DNA of 58,538 bases from a virus (taxonomy: Duplodnaviria > Caudoviricetes). A program made the position numbers and the translations under genes. This document shows positions 9,146 to 19,002 of this stretch, one piece after another. The number at the start of each line of letters is the position of its first letter. Positions within the stretch are counted from its first letter, which is position 1. The notes beneath the pieces were generated by a model. That model made no database searches. It worked only from the letters and a program-made list of their open reading frames with translations, and was not told the DNA's origin. The stretch lies in IMG/VR virus record IMGVR_UViG_3300038463_000101, positions 1 through 58,538 of that record; one strand, given 5' to 3'.

Positions 9146-9496
9146 ATGTTAAGTGAGCAGATAGCGCAGGTATGCCATGAGGCGAACCGGGCGTATTGTA
9201 GAACGATAGGCGATTATTCGCAGGCTTCATGGGATGAGGCTGCGGAATGGCAGCGGGAGTCGGCGATAGCTGGCGTTAAGTTTGCGCGGGAGAACCCCAA
9301 CGCTCCGATCAGTGCGTTGCATGAGGCGTGGGTGGCGGATAAGGAGGCGGCGGGCTGGGTTTATGGGTCGGTGAAGGACGCAGAGAAAAAGACGCATCCG
9401 TGCATCGTGGTGTATGCGGAGTTGCCGGATGAGCAAAAAGTGAAGGATGCGTTGTTTCGCGGGATAGTGTTGGCGTTGACGAGTGACGACCGATGA
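9146..9496 (+). CDS. phage RyR-domain protein
   Basis: IAQVCHEANRAYC...HEAW...GWVYG.VKD...KTHPCIV.YAELP.EQK.KD.LF. Confidence 0.85.
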   Translation: MLSEQIAQVCHEANRAYCRTIGDYSQASWDEAAEWQRESAIAGVKFARENPNAPISALHEAWVADKEAAGWVYGSVKDAEKKTHPCIVVYAELPDEQKVKDALFRGIVLALTSDDR

Positions 9497-9502
9497 GAGG
9501 CA

Positions 9503-9532
9503 TTGACACGTTCATCTGGTAGCGACTACACT
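9503..9532 (+). promoter_or_regulatory. sigma70 promoter with CTGGTAGCGACTA box
   Basis: TTGACA-18-TACACT, motif at 9516-9528. Confidence 0.75.
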
Positions 9533-9541
9533 TGAGCGTAG

Positions 9542-9754
9542 ATGGGAAAGGCACAGGAGAGGACGGCAGAGACGTACCCCGTAGGGACGGAGTTTCACTG
9601 CTTGCGATGTGGATTCAAGTGGCAGAGCCGGAAGGAGTGGCCGAAGCCGAAAGGACCGGATGCCTGCGGTAATTGCAAGAGTGGGCAGTGGTATCGGCCG
9701 CCGCAACGGGTGCCACATGCGAGTAGGGGCGTGGGGGCGGAGCCGGCGGGGTAA
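9542..9754 (+). CDS. small zinc-finger protein
   Basis: CLRCGFKW...PDACGNCKSGQW. Confidence 0.7.
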   Translation: MGKAQERTAETYPVGTEFHCLRCGFKWQSRKEWPKPKGPDACGNCKSGQWYRPPQRVPHASRGVGAEPAG

Positions 9755-10133
9755 GGCTGTGGCACCCTCATGGGCAGTTAGGCTGCGCACGTTGTTAGAC
9801 GCGACCGGCTGGACGCAGGAGCAGGCATCGGCGCGGTTTAAGCGGTCGTGGTCATCATTGGCGCGGGTCTTGAAGGGTAATAAGACCGTAAAGATGGTGG
9901 AGTTAGTGGTGCGGTTGAAGGAGTTGGAGGAGGCACATGCGGGAGAGATTGAAGCGCTCAGGGCAGGGGTCATCAGTTACCGGAGGCACCGCGGCCGTGA
10001 TGGGAAGCTTAAGAGGAGAGTCCGGTATGACTTCCGGGCGAGAGTCAGAGCGCAAGGGGAGCGCGTTAGTCGGCCTGCTGACCTCGCGGCGATGGGAGCG
10101 GTGGGCGGGGGTAATGAGGGTGAGGGGGTTTGA
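9717..10133 (+). CDS. XRE-type HTH protein
   Basis: LRTLLDATGWTQEQASARFKRSWSSLARVLKG; start uncertain. Confidence 0.65.
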   Translation: MRVGAWGRSRRGKAVAPSWAVRLRTLLDATGWTQEQASARFKRSWSSLARVLKGNKTVKMVELVVRLKELEEAHAGEIEALRAGVISYRRHRGRDGKLKRRVRYDFRARVRAQGERVSRPADLAAMGAVGGGNEGEGV

Positions 10134-10243
10134 CGTGGAGGAGACGCAGAGGCGGCATGACGCGGCGGTATTATGGCTGCTTCGGCGCGGCATAGACATG
10201 CACACCATAAGACGGCGGGACTTGGATGATCCCAGGTTGAGTA

Positions 10244-10534
10244 ATGAGGAAAGGGAGATGCTGCTTGCCGGTAATTAAGCCCCGGACACAGGAGGACTAC
10301 GACCGCGAGGTGCGCGAGAGCGCGGTGGCGGCGTTGGCCGAGAAGCTGTTTGTGGCTAAGTTCGACAGCATCTACCTTGGCGATCCTTTAGACCCTAAGT
10401 TACTGGCGCACTGCTTCAATTACGCCGAAGCGTTCCTAAAGGAAGCGGCGCGGAGGCGGGAAGCGGTTCTTTCGTGGCCAGCACCCGACCCGAGGGCCGG
10501 GTATATAGCAGGAATAGCCTATGCCTCGGAGTAA
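10244..10534 (+). CDS. hypothetical protein
   Basis: Overlapping run of small + strand ORFs; start uncertain. Confidence 0.5.
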   Translation: MRKGRCCLPVIKPRTQEDYDREVRESAVAALAEKLFVAKFDSIYLGDPLDPKLLAHCFNYAEAFLKEAARRREAVLSWPAPDPRAGYIAGIAYASE

Positions 10535-10787
10535 CGGACGCCCGCCGGACAGACAGCCGCTTGTGCTGGAGGACGTGCCGCAGCCCTCTCTGCCGGTGTG
10601 CGGTTTTTGCGGCATGTCGCCGGCGATGATCCAGACCGCGTTTCTGAACACGCCGTGGGGAGCGCGACTGGCGACATTCTTTTGCGAGAGTTGCAAGGCA
10701 GTGTTTGGGGTGCAAGTGGTGGCGATGGAGCAGCCGAGGCAGGCAGAGCCACTGATCATGACGCCGGGGGAGGCGTTCAGGCCGTGA
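10521..10787 (+). CDS. zinc-ribbon hypothetical protein
   Basis: CGFC...CESC. Confidence 0.55.
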   Translation: MPRSNGRPPDRQPLVLEDVPQPSLPVCGFCGMSPAMIQTAFLNTPWGARLATFFCESCKAVFGVQVVAMEQPRQAEPLIMTPGEAFRP

Positions 10788-10928
10788 GTGTTGACAAGTG
10801 TAGGTATCGAGACGATGAGTTACCGCCGAAGTACGCCTTCCCCGCCGGCTTTGCGGACTGTCGGTTTTGCCGAGGCAAGGGCTGTTTTAGTTGCGACGAA
10901 AGAGCGGTAAGGATAAAGAAAGAGCAGG

Positions 10929-11513
10929 ATGCCGTTAAAAAGCCAGACATTACCAAATAAGCGTCTCACCGGCCTCGAACTGATGGCAATTTTGAAAAAG
11001 CATTTCCACGAGATGCTGTCTCGTGATTATGCGTTCACGCCAAACGTGGCTTACGGCCGCGTGGCGGTGAATCTCACAGTGACGCTGCACATTGCCGGGG
11101 TGACCTCCGAGCATGTGGTGCGGTCGTATACCAAGGCGGATGGCGTTATTGAAGGTGAGCCTCCGCTGGCCGACCCGGTGGAAGAGGATGCCGCGCTGAT
11201 TGCGTTGAGCCGGGATTTGAAGATTGATAATCCGAACTTGGAGCGTGTTGCGGCAGATTTGCCCATCGTGTTTCAGCAGCGAGCACAGCAACAGGCCCCG
11301 CAGGAATGGACCCCGCCATTGCCGGGGGAGCCGCCGCCGGATGCGATTATCAAGCCGTATGACGTGGAGACGGTGGAGGTGCGGTATGACAAGGCGCAGT
11401 ATCCAGCGGCGCCGGAGCCGGTAGACCGGGACGTGTCGGCGGAGAAGGGTAAGGAGTTGGGTGTGCCGCATCATGTACGGAAGGGAGCGATGATGAAGGA
11501 GCGGAAAGGATAG
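10929..11513 (+). CDS. hypothetical protein
   Basis: 194 aa ORF in operon orientation. Confidence 0.65.
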   Translation: MPLKSQTLPNKRLTGLELMAILKKHFHEMLSRDYAFTPNVAYGRVAVNLTVTLHIAGVTSEHVVRSYTKADGVIEGEPPLADPVEEDAALIALSRDLKIDNPNLERVAADLPIVFQQRAQQQAPQEWTPPLPGEPPPDAIIKPYDVETVEVRYDKAQYPAAPEPVDRDVSAEKGKELGVPHHVRKGAMMKERKG

Positions 11514-11517
11514 AGCG

Positions 11518-11808
11518 ATGAGCCAGCCAGACGAGTTTTTATTAAAACAGATGTTGGAGAAAGAAGCCGCCGCGGAGCTAAACCGGGATTGTTTCGGGTC
11601 AAAAGCGGAGGGTGGTCTTGGGTATTGTGACCAAGCAGCTACCTCCAATTTATGCGCGTCTCCCAGCCTTGACGAACAGATCAAGAATCTTGAGTACCGG
11701 ACGCAGTATGATCGCGAGGAGTTGAACCGGCTGCGGGAACTTAAGTTTCTGCTAGAGAAAAACCCGGAGACTGGCCGTATTCTGAAGCTACTGCGTCTAC
11801 AGCCATGA
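11518..11808 (+). CDS. hypothetical protein
   Basis: 96 aa, coupled to neighbours. Confidence 0.55.
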   Translation: MSQPDEFLLKQMLEKEAAAELNRDCFGSKAEGGLGYCDQAATSNLCASPSLDEQIKNLEYRTQYDREELNRLRELKFLLEKNPETGRILKLLRLQP

Positions 11809-12032
11809 GGCGCTGGCGTCTACTTCTCGGCTTCCGCACGCTTCGCCGTATTGCCGTGGCTCTGGAAAAGCTTGTGGCCATCGAGGAGCAACGCTTGGAG
11901 ATAGAGCGGCAACGTGTGAGCCCTGTGCGACCGAAGCGGCCCAAGATAGCCGAGGTATTTGTGCCTTCGATTGAGGACGCGAACGAGATTTACCGGGAGG
12001 AGCATGGGTATGGGCCGTGGGAGGAAGGATAA
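11805..12032 (+). CDS. hypothetical protein
   Basis: ATGA overlap with previous ORF. Confidence 0.55.
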   Translation: MRRWRLLLGFRTLRRIAVALEKLVAIEEQRLEIERQRVSPVRPKRPKIAEVFVPSIEDANEIYREEHGYGPWEEG

Positions 12033-12729
12033 GCCTAACGGTCCCGGCCCCATTGCCGTGCCTTCCTTGGCCGAGCAAGCCGACCTAGCGGCGAAAGCCA
12101 TCGTTTCCCTGACCAATTACCGCGAGCAGGCATTGATATTGCTCGACGTGACGGAGGATCAAGTGGACGCCTGCCCAAAGATCGGCCATCTCTTCAAAGG
12201 TATCGGCGGCAAGGATCGGGTATTGGAGTTCCTGGAAGGGAGCGAGGAGCCGGATGCGCGGCTGTTGCTGGCGCAGGCAAAGAAGCTCACCACACATCAG
12301 TTGGACGCGGCGCCGTTTGAAGCGCTGTGCTTGGCGGCTGGCTTGACGACGAAACGGGCGTTCGGCCTCGTGGCGGAAGAAGCTACAACGCAGTCGGCGG
12401 CAGCGTCGATGCTGGTGGCTAAGGCCGCAAGAGCGGACGTAGTGAAGGCGACCGTAGACTCGGCATTGACGCCGTTCGGCGTGAAGGACCGCGAGATGCT
12501 GCACAAGGCGGAAGGGTTTGTGCCGGTGCCGAAGACGCAGACAACGTTTGTGCGCGGCGATCAGGTGGTGGATGCGCGGGTGCAAACACAGGTTACGGTA
12601 TTGCCGGCGCTTGAGGCGACGATGCGGAAGCTGGGCGACCGCTTCATGGAGATGACGGAAGCGCAGGTGAAGGCACTGCCGCCGGTCGAGGTTGAGGAAG
12701 TGGAGAGCGAGGAAGAAGATGAAGAGTGA
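11959..12729 (+). CDS. putative terminase small subunit
   Basis: Position directly upstream of TerL, acidic C-terminal tail; true start probably ~12004-12010; function by synteny only. Confidence 0.45.
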   Translation: MCLRLRTRTRFTGRSMGMGRGRKDKPNGPGPIAVPSLAEQADLAAKAIVSLTNYREQALILLDVTEDQVDACPKIGHLFKGIGGKDRVLEFLEGSEEPDARLLLAQAKKLTTHQLDAAPFEALCLAAGLTTKRAFGLVAEEATTQSAAASMLVAKAARADVVKATVDSALTPFGVKDREMLHKAEGFVPVPKTQTTFVRGDQVVDARVQTQVTVLPALEATMRKLGDRFMEMTEAQVKALPPVEVEEVESEEEDEE

Positions 12730-12798
12730 GCACTGGCACGGCCTCAAGCCCTACGTCATCATCGACCTGCCCGACCGCTGGCCGTGGGAAACTGAGGC

Positions 12799-15045
12799 GT
12801 GTATGCCAACGCCATCACCGAAGAACGTCTCGGCATCGCCGAAAACGACCTGCGATTCCGGCTTGAGTACCACTCTCCCGGCGAAATTGACGCCTTCAAC
12901 CAACAGTTAGAGGCAAAGTACTCAGCCGAATACGCCGCCGCGCAAGTAGCGGCAGCAGGCACCGAAGACCCCGCGAAGTCCTTCCAGGTGTCTCTCCAGC
13001 GAGCTTTGTGCGGGACGACGCCCCGGCTGTCCAGCGAGGAAGTGCGGTTCATCCAGAATGAACGGGCGCTGGTGATGATCGACTGCGCGTACTTCCTGAC
13101 GCGCTACTACTTCATCAAGACGCCGCAGGCCATTCAGCGGTTTACCTTCCTTCCCGGTCAGCGGGCTTACTTCAACGTCATCGCAGAGCTAGAGTCGCGC
13201 TATTCGCCTATCGAGATGATTATTTGCAAGGCGCGGCAGCACGGCATCAGCACGGCTACCGAAGGGATCATTTTGCACCGGGCGGTCACCCATTACGGCG
13301 TGAACGCGGTCGTCGCCAGCGCACAGCGGCAGTCAACCGGCAAGATGGCGCAAATGACCTTTCTTGGTTATGACCGCTTGCCGTGGTGGGTCAGGCCGCT
13401 CAGCACGCGCCGGGTGGAGTCGGATCAAGGCATGTTGGTGTTTGGGTCTTCCGAGTCGGGAATCAGCTTCCAGCACGGTAACCAGCGGTACGGCATCGCG
13501 CGTGGCGACACGGTTAAAATCTACCATCTCTCTGAGGTGGCGTCTTATTCAAATGCCGTCGATTTGATCGAGGCTTCGCTATTTCGTTGCGTCCATCCGC
13601 ACCCGGACGTGTTCGGCGCTCTGGAATCCACGGCGGAAGGCGACACCGGCTGGTGGTACGACAAGTACGGGCAGGCGAAGAAGGACTGGAAGAATAACCG
13701 CTCGCGGCTGTGTCCGCTGTTTTTGCCCTGGTTTATCGGCACCGACAAGTATCCGACGCCAACATGGGCTAGAAATCACCCCGTCCCGACGAACTGGCGG
13801 CCATCGCAAGAAACCCGGCAGATGATGGCGAAGGCTGAATTGTATGTGCGGTCGGCTCCGGTACTCGGAAAGGTGTTGGGAGCCAACTGGACACTGCCGC
13901 GCATTCAAGCCTATTACTGGGAGATCCACTTCCAGGAAGCGCGGGCCACCGGCACGGAAAAAAAGTTTTTCCAGGAAATGCCGACCGACGATGTGGACGC
14001 TTTCCAGGGGTCTTACGATAACGTGTTTGGCCGGGAAGTGATCGCCGATGTCTGGACCAAGCGCAAGACTTCTTACGCCGTCTACGGCTTGGTGGGCCAG
14101 TCTATCGAGGCACGCCACGAGCCGGATAACGACGACGTGGATTTAAGCGAGCGCATTGTGCCGGTGACGTATGTGAACCGGAAAGGGCCAACGTATCGCT
14201 GGGAATTGTGGCCGTTGCAGTGGGCCGAGCCGTTTGGTGAGTTGACCGATATTCGCGATGATGAATCCCACATGGGCAAGCTGTTCGTGTGGGAAGCGCC
14301 AGTGCCGGGGTACGACTACGCGATTGGGGTGGATACCGGCGGTGGGACCGGCGGCGACTCGACGTGCATCTCTGTGGCGCGGCGTGGCCGAAGCCCGCAG
14401 GAGCAGGACGTGCAGGTGGCCGAGTGGCGGTCGAACCTGGTGGGCCACGTCGAAGCGTTCGCCTTTGTGATGCCGATTGCCGCTTACTACGCCCGCTATA
14501 TGGAGGAAACGACGAACTACCGCGAGCCTTACGTAGCGGTCGAGCAAGTGGCCAGCGTGGGCGACACGGTAAACGTGCAGATGAGCAACATGGGCTATGC
14601 GCGGTTCCATAAAATGATCCGGTATGACAGCGTGCCAAAGCAGATGCGGAGAGCGAAGGCGCATAAGCGCGGCTGGTTCACGCACGGCTGGTCGCGGCCC
14701 ATCCTCACTGACGGCTTTGTGATCCTTGTGAAAAATGGCTGGTATGTGGTCAACTCGCCCTACACCATCCGCGAGATGAGCCAGTGGGAAGTGCATTTCA
14801 CGGCTGGCGACAAAGAGAAATTCGAGCACTCCGAAGATTTCACCGACGATGGAATCTTTGCTAACGCGATGGCCGGCTTCTGCCCGAACGATACGAAGAC
14901 GCAGGCGGAACGCACAACCAAGCAATTTACGGCGCAAGACAAGCTTCCAGCGCTGGACATTGCCCCGTTTTGCGGCATAACGTTGTGTCCAGATGGGCAT
15001 GGGGTCGAGGACGCTACCGGGTTAAGGGGTATGATGAGGAGATAA
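12799..15045 (+). CDS. terL: terminase large subunit
   Basis: KARQHGIST (Walker A variant), HLSE (Walker B), ALESTAEG, FLPW, FFQEMP, AIGVDTGGG nuclease Asp, DDGIFA. Confidence 0.9.
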   Translation: MYANAITEERLGIAENDLRFRLEYHSPGEIDAFNQQLEAKYSAEYAAAQVAAAGTEDPAKSFQVSLQRALCGTTPRLSSEEVRFIQNERALVMIDCAYFLTRYYFIKTPQAIQRFTFLPGQRAYFNVIAELESRYSPIEMIICKARQHGISTATEGIILHRAVTHYGVNAVVASAQRQSTGKMAQMTFLGYDRLPWWVRPLSTRRVESDQGMLVFGSSESGISFQHGNQRYGIARGDTVKIYHLSEVASYSNAVDLIEASLFRCVHPHPDVFGALESTAEGDTGWWYDKYGQAKKDWKNNRSRLCPLFLPWFIGTDKYPTPTWARNHPVPTNWRPSQETRQMMAKAELYVRSAPVLGKVLGANWTLPRIQAYYWEIHFQEARATGTEKKFFQEMPTDDVDAFQGSYDNVFGREVIADVWTKRKTSYAVYGLVGQSIEARHEPDNDDVDLSERIVPVTYVNRKGPTYRWELWPLQWAEPFGELTDIRDDESHMGKLFVWEAPVPGYDYAIGVDTGGGTGGDSTCISVARRGRSPQEQDVQVAEWRSNLVGHVEAFAFVMPIAAYYARYMEETTNYREPYVAVEQVASVGDTVNVQMSNMGYARFHKMIRYDSVPKQMRRAKAHKRGWFTHGWSRPILTDGFVILVKNGWYVVNSPYTIREMSQWEVHFTAGDKEKFEHSEDFTDDGIFANAMAGFCPNDTKTQAERTTKQFTAQDKLPALDIAPFCGITLCPDGHGVEDATGLRGMMRR

Positions 15046-15049
15046 ACGC

Positions 15050-15535
15050 ATGTCCTCAGACCGTACCGGCCACGCCCTCGGCACCCTTGAGCCAGTGATT
15101 TACTTCATCAACGCCGCTGGCCACATCCTTCTCCCTCCCCAGGAAATCGGCCAAGGCACCGTCACCCCGCGCGAGATGTACGAACGGCGCTATCGAGCGC
15201 AGGGCTACGAGTGGCGCGAAGCTGGCACCATTTACGAAGTAGACAAGCTGCAGAATCGCCTTGTGGCGCAAGAGGCTAAAGTGGCCGGCGCTCAGTCCGC
15301 ACGGATGGATGAGATTCGGGAGCGGGCAAGGCGGGAAACGGCATCCAACCTTCGCCAGCGCATGTGCTCAAGTTCCTGTTCGGCCTACGAGCGCGAGTTT
15401 ATCTCGCTGTGGCTGGGCATGGAAGAGGAGAAGCGGAAGAAGTACACGCAGCGGTGGAGCGAGCGCGTGGGTTACATCTGGAGCCGCGAGATGGATGCGA
15501 AGACAAAGGTTGAGGACCGGATGGGTGACGGATGA
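15050..15535 (+). CDS. hypothetical head-region protein
   Basis: 161 aa between TerL and portal, RBS AGGAG. Confidence 0.7.
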   Translation: MSSDRTGHALGTLEPVIYFINAAGHILLPPQEIGQGTVTPREMYERRYRAQGYEWREAGTIYEVDKLQNRLVAQEAKVAGAQSARMDEIRERARRETASNLRQRMCSSSCSAYEREFISLWLGMEEEKRKKYTQRWSERVGYIWSREMDAKTKVEDRMGDG

Positions 15536-15744
15536 TGCCTGCACTCAAGTCCATCCTCGATATCAAGATGCGGTGCAACCTTTGCGGCAAAGAAAGCAGG
15601 GTCGGCGACATGGAGCCATCGCCTAGCGGCGGTAGCACTTTAGTATGCCCGACTCCCGATTGTGGCGGTACGCCGTACTTGACTAACGCCGAGATGGACT
15701 CGTGGCCTTCTACGCATTGGGTCGAAGGAGATGCTCTTGTCTAG
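15532..15744 (+). CDS. small zinc-ribbon protein
   Basis: CNLC...CPTPDC. Confidence 0.5.
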   Translation: MMPALKSILDIKMRCNLCGKESRVGDMEPSPSGGSTLVCPTPDCGGTPYLTNAEMDSWPSTHWVEGDALV

Positions 15745-17824
15745 CGCCCTCATGGGCTCGATGCCCGACGCATGGCGCGAATGGCAAGCGCCGGTTTACA
15801 ACGCCACCGAAGATCGCAAAATCGGTTGGCTGAACGAGGCGTGCCAAGAGGGCAACTCGTGGCAGCAAGGGCAGCGCGGCTTCGATGATTGGAGCAAGGC
15901 GCTCGACATCTTCGCCGGAACCTACTCCGACAAGAACGCCTTGCAGTACCGCAGCCAGTTCACAGGAAACCGGCTGAAGACGAATATCCGCGTGACCGTG
16001 GCGGGCCTCTCCGCCATCCGGCCTTGGTCGGGGTACACCGCGAGCGATGCTTTCAAAAAAGAAGCGCTCATGATGAACCTCACCACGCGGTCGCTGTATC
16101 TGGCGAACCACTGGGATCTGAGCATCAAAGAAGCGCTGTGGTGGGCGAGTGTAACCGGCGGCGGCTTTGTGCGGCCTGTGTTCCGGCGCGACATGGCAGG
16201 GCAAGGCCACGGCAGCATCCAGTTCGATACTTGCGGCTGGCCCAACGTATTGCCCGTTCAACTGCCTTCAAACGGGGACTTAAACCGCGCGTATGCGGTC
16301 ACTTACCTTGACGAGAAGCCGATATGGGAGGCGCACGGCATCTTTCGGGACTTTCAAGACCGCCTGAAGCCCACGAGCAGCAAGTATTGGTACTCGAATC
16401 AAATCCGTAAGGCCAGTCAAGCGAACGCCGAGCGGCGGTTTTGGACGAATCCTTTTAAGAAACGCGAGCAGTCGGACTCGGCCAAGCTCCTCATTCCGAT
16501 TCGATACACGCGCATCAACGACCTAGCCATCAATACGACGGGCAAAACGATTTACATGGGAGAGGAAGGCGCAAGCTGGGCCTATGAAGTGCCGAGCTTT
16601 GGCGCGGAGATTCCGACCGGGACCGATAGGGACGGCCACCCGACCTACCGCAAGGCAGAGATTCCCGACTGCCGGCTGTATCCCTACGGTCGCATGATGA
16701 TCAGTTCGGAAAACTGCGTGATGTACGACGGTCCCGACTTCAACTGGCACGGCGAGCTTGACCTGATTCTGTTCTCGCTGGAACGCTACCCTTGGGAGCC
16801 GATGGGCTTCTCGATGGTGCATGACGGTTGGGGCTTCCAAAAGGCCATCGACGGGCTGGACCGCGGCAATCTCGACAAAGCGAACGCCGACATGGATAGA
16901 CCGTTGGCGTACAACATGAACGCGGTCGGCAAGCGTGAGGCTAATCAGGTTGACTTGATGCAGCCCCGGCAGCGCATCGCCTTCGACGGGGACGCGGTAG
17001 ACAGGCCGTTCACGCAAATCGCCCCTGACGACGTTTATAAGATCAGCCCAGAGTCCTTGGCGCTGAAAGACAAGTTCGAGCAGGGCATGGACTACACGCT
17101 GCAAACCCGCGACGTGGTGGAACTGGCGAAGGCCCGCGCACTTGGAAAGGGCATCGACCAACTCGAAGCGCTCATCAGCGCATCCGGCCCACTGGTGAAA
17201 GAGATGTCGCACGGCATGGAAAAGCCGATTTGCCAGCTTGCGAACCAAGTCAAATACTTGGTCCTGCAATATATGGACACGTCGCAACTCATCCCGTTTA
17301 TCACGGAATCTGGCGCGGCGCATGTGTTTGACTACAATCCTTCTGAGCTAACACCGTCGCACCTCCCCGGCGAGTTGACGACCGACGCCAACGGCCAGCC
17401 GGTCGGCTCACCCACCACACGCATCAACCGGGCTCGTTGGTTTGCCCGCAACCTTCCTTTCGTCTGCACGCCGCACAGTATTCATGAGATTCACCAGATT
17501 CAGCACATTCTCATGAAGATGCAGATGAAGCAGCGTGGCGCCCCAATACCGTGGGCGGATATTATGGAAGCAGCCAGCTTCGAGGACGTGAAGCGGCCAA
17601 CAGGGTCCACGATCCAAGAGCGCTTTTTCAGCGAGACTGAGGAGCAAATCGAGTTCCAAATGCGGCTGGCGAAGGCCGCGCAGGGCTTGGGCATTGATAT
17701 TGGGCAGTTGATGGGTGCGGGTGGTGCGGGGAAGAAGCCGGAAGGCCGGCCGCCCAGCGGACAAACTAGCCCAAAAATGGAACAAAAAGGCGATGGCCGT
17801 CCTGTTATTTCCGAGAGTGGTTGA
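15731..17824 (+). CDS. portal protein
   Basis: ~690 aa after TerL, YPYGR motif, low-complexity C-terminus ending GRPVISESG; assignment by size and synteny. Confidence 0.75.
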   Translation: MLLSSALMGSMPDAWREWQAPVYNATEDRKIGWLNEACQEGNSWQQGQRGFDDWSKALDIFAGTYSDKNALQYRSQFTGNRLKTNIRVTVAGLSAIRPWSGYTASDAFKKEALMMNLTTRSLYLANHWDLSIKEALWWASVTGGGFVRPVFRRDMAGQGHGSIQFDTCGWPNVLPVQLPSNGDLNRAYAVTYLDEKPIWEAHGIFRDFQDRLKPTSSKYWYSNQIRKASQANAERRFWTNPFKKREQSDSAKLLIPIRYTRINDLAINTTGKTIYMGEEGASWAYEVPSFGAEIPTGTDRDGHPTYRKAEIPDCRLYPYGRMMISSENCVMYDGPDFNWHGELDLILFSLERYPWEPMGFSMVHDGWGFQKAIDGLDRGNLDKANADMDRPLAYNMNAVGKREANQVDLMQPRQRIAFDGDAVDRPFTQIAPDDVYKISPESLALKDKFEQGMDYTLQTRDVVELAKARALGKGIDQLEALISASGPLVKEMSHGMEKPICQLANQVKYLVLQYMDTSQLIPFITESGAAHVFDYNPSELTPSHLPGELTTDANGQPVGSPTTRINRARWFARNLPFVCTPHSIHEIHQIQHILMKMQMKQRGAPIPWADIMEAASFEDVKRPTGSTIQERFFSETEEQIEFQMRLAKAAQGLGIDIGQLMGAGGAGKKPEGRPPSGQTSPKMEQKGDGRPVISESG

Positions 17825-18636
17825 TGAGTAGAAGCGTAAACATCTATACATTACTCGATCCCGTTTCCGGAGAGCCGCGCTATGTCGGCCTAACTCGCGA
17901 CATGAAAAAGCGGATGCAGAACTACGCTTACAAAGCACACAATAAACACCTCGATAGATGGCTGAAGAAGTTGAAGGCTGAAGGTAGCGGGCCGCGCGTT
18001 GTCATTCTCTGCGTCATACCGGAAGAAGTGGCGGATAAGTTCGAACGTCGCTGGATTCGCCGGATGCGACAACGCGGCTTCAACCTCATGAACTACACAG
18101 ATGGTGGCGAAGGTGCGTTTGAGTTCTCTTTAGAATCCAGAAAAAAACTGTCGGATTTGATGAAAAATAGGTGGGCAGATAATCGCGAAAAGATGATGGC
18201 TGAGTGCCAAAGCCCAGAAGTAGCGGCGAAGCGAGCATCGACTCGCGGCCCACGATCCGGCAGACATAACGCGATCTGCGGTGAGCGGATTACCAAGCTA
18301 AACAAGTCTCGGCGTGGCGTGCCGCTTTCGGTTGAGCATGTGGAAAAAGTTAGACAATCAATTCTTAGCAAGAAGATCGTTAAAACGCCGGAAGAGAGGG
18401 CCGCTATATCAGAAAGAATGAAAAAGCGTTGGCGCGAAAACGAAGCCTATCGAGCGGCCGCCATCGCAAGGCTCAGTACGACCCAATTCAAGGCCGGTAA
18501 TGCGGAAATAGCACGGCGTGGCGGATTAGCTTCTCACGCAAAAAATCCAGACAACGCGAGAAAAGCAGCATTAGCGGCGATGGCCGTGATGGAGCGAGAT
18601 CCTAAGACGGGCAGGCTGGTAGGCAGGAAGCGATGA
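17821..18636 (+). CDS. GIY-YIG homing endonuclease with NUMOD3-like repeats
   Basis: IYTLLDP...YVGLT...R...E...N.TDGGEG; SLESRKKLS and EERAAISE repeats. Confidence 0.85.
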   Translation: MMSRSVNIYTLLDPVSGEPRYVGLTRDMKKRMQNYAYKAHNKHLDRWLKKLKAEGSGPRVVILCVIPEEVADKFERRWIRRMRQRGFNLMNYTDGGEGAFEFSLESRKKLSDLMKNRWADNREKMMAECQSPEVAAKRASTRGPRSGRHNAICGERITKLNKSRRGVPLSVEHVEKVRQSILSKKIVKTPEERAAISERMKKRWRENEAYRAAAIARLSTTQFKAGNAEIARRGGLASHAKNPDNARKAALAAMAVMERDPKTGRLVGRKR

Positions 18637-18821
18637 AAGAACTTCTCACCACCCGCACTGTAACCCGAAAGCGCACCTTCGAGGCCAAAACATCGGATGA
18701 CGTGAAGCATGTTGTCGATAAGCTCTGCCATGAGAATCACACTGGCCCAGTGCGTATCGAGATGTCGCAAGGCGGCCTCAGAGCGGTCATAGCGGAGGAC
18801 CATGCTACGCTATCTACTTGA
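18633..18821 (+). CDS. hypothetical protein
   Basis: 62 aa, ATGA overlap; TG.V.I..SQGG pattern. Confidence 0.55.
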   Translation: MKELLTTRTVTRKRTFEAKTSDDVKHVVDKLCHENHTGPVRIEMSQGGLRAVIAEDHATLST

Positions 18822-18847
18822 CAGGCGCGTAACGCAAGCCGTATGAT
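18818..18847 (+). promoter_or_regulatory. sigma70 promoter for head genes
   Basis: TTGACA-18-TATGAT, flanked by CTTGACA/TGTCAAG inverted repeat. Confidence 0.7.
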
Positions 18848-18908
18848 TTTGTCAAGCGCGTAAGTTATAGGCAGCGGGCGGTAGAGTAGGCCGCACGCAG
18901 CCACTAAA

Positions 18909-18949
18909 AAGGGATTCTTATTGAACCCGAAAGGGTCAACATAAGCCCC
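18909..18949 (+). ncRNA. structured RNA leader motif copy A
   Basis: AAGGGATTCTTA-TTGAACCC-GAAA-GGGTCAACATAAGCCCC; second copy at 30547. Confidence 0.6.
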
Positions 18950-18980
18950 GGAGCCGAAAGGTTTCCGGGGCTTTTTGTAT
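18943..18980 (+). terminator. intrinsic terminator overlapping motif A
   Basis: AAGCCCCGGAGCC-GAAA-GGTTTCCGGGGCTT followed by TTTGTATTT. Confidence 0.8.
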
Positions 18981-19002
18981 TTGCAGGGAAGGGAGGTAGC
19001 CA

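Noticed and set aside
10950-17323. Long antisense ORFs (10950-11684, 12085-12747, 14143-15000, 16523-17323)
   Set aside because: Shadows of real + strand genes caused by GC-rich codon bias; no motifs
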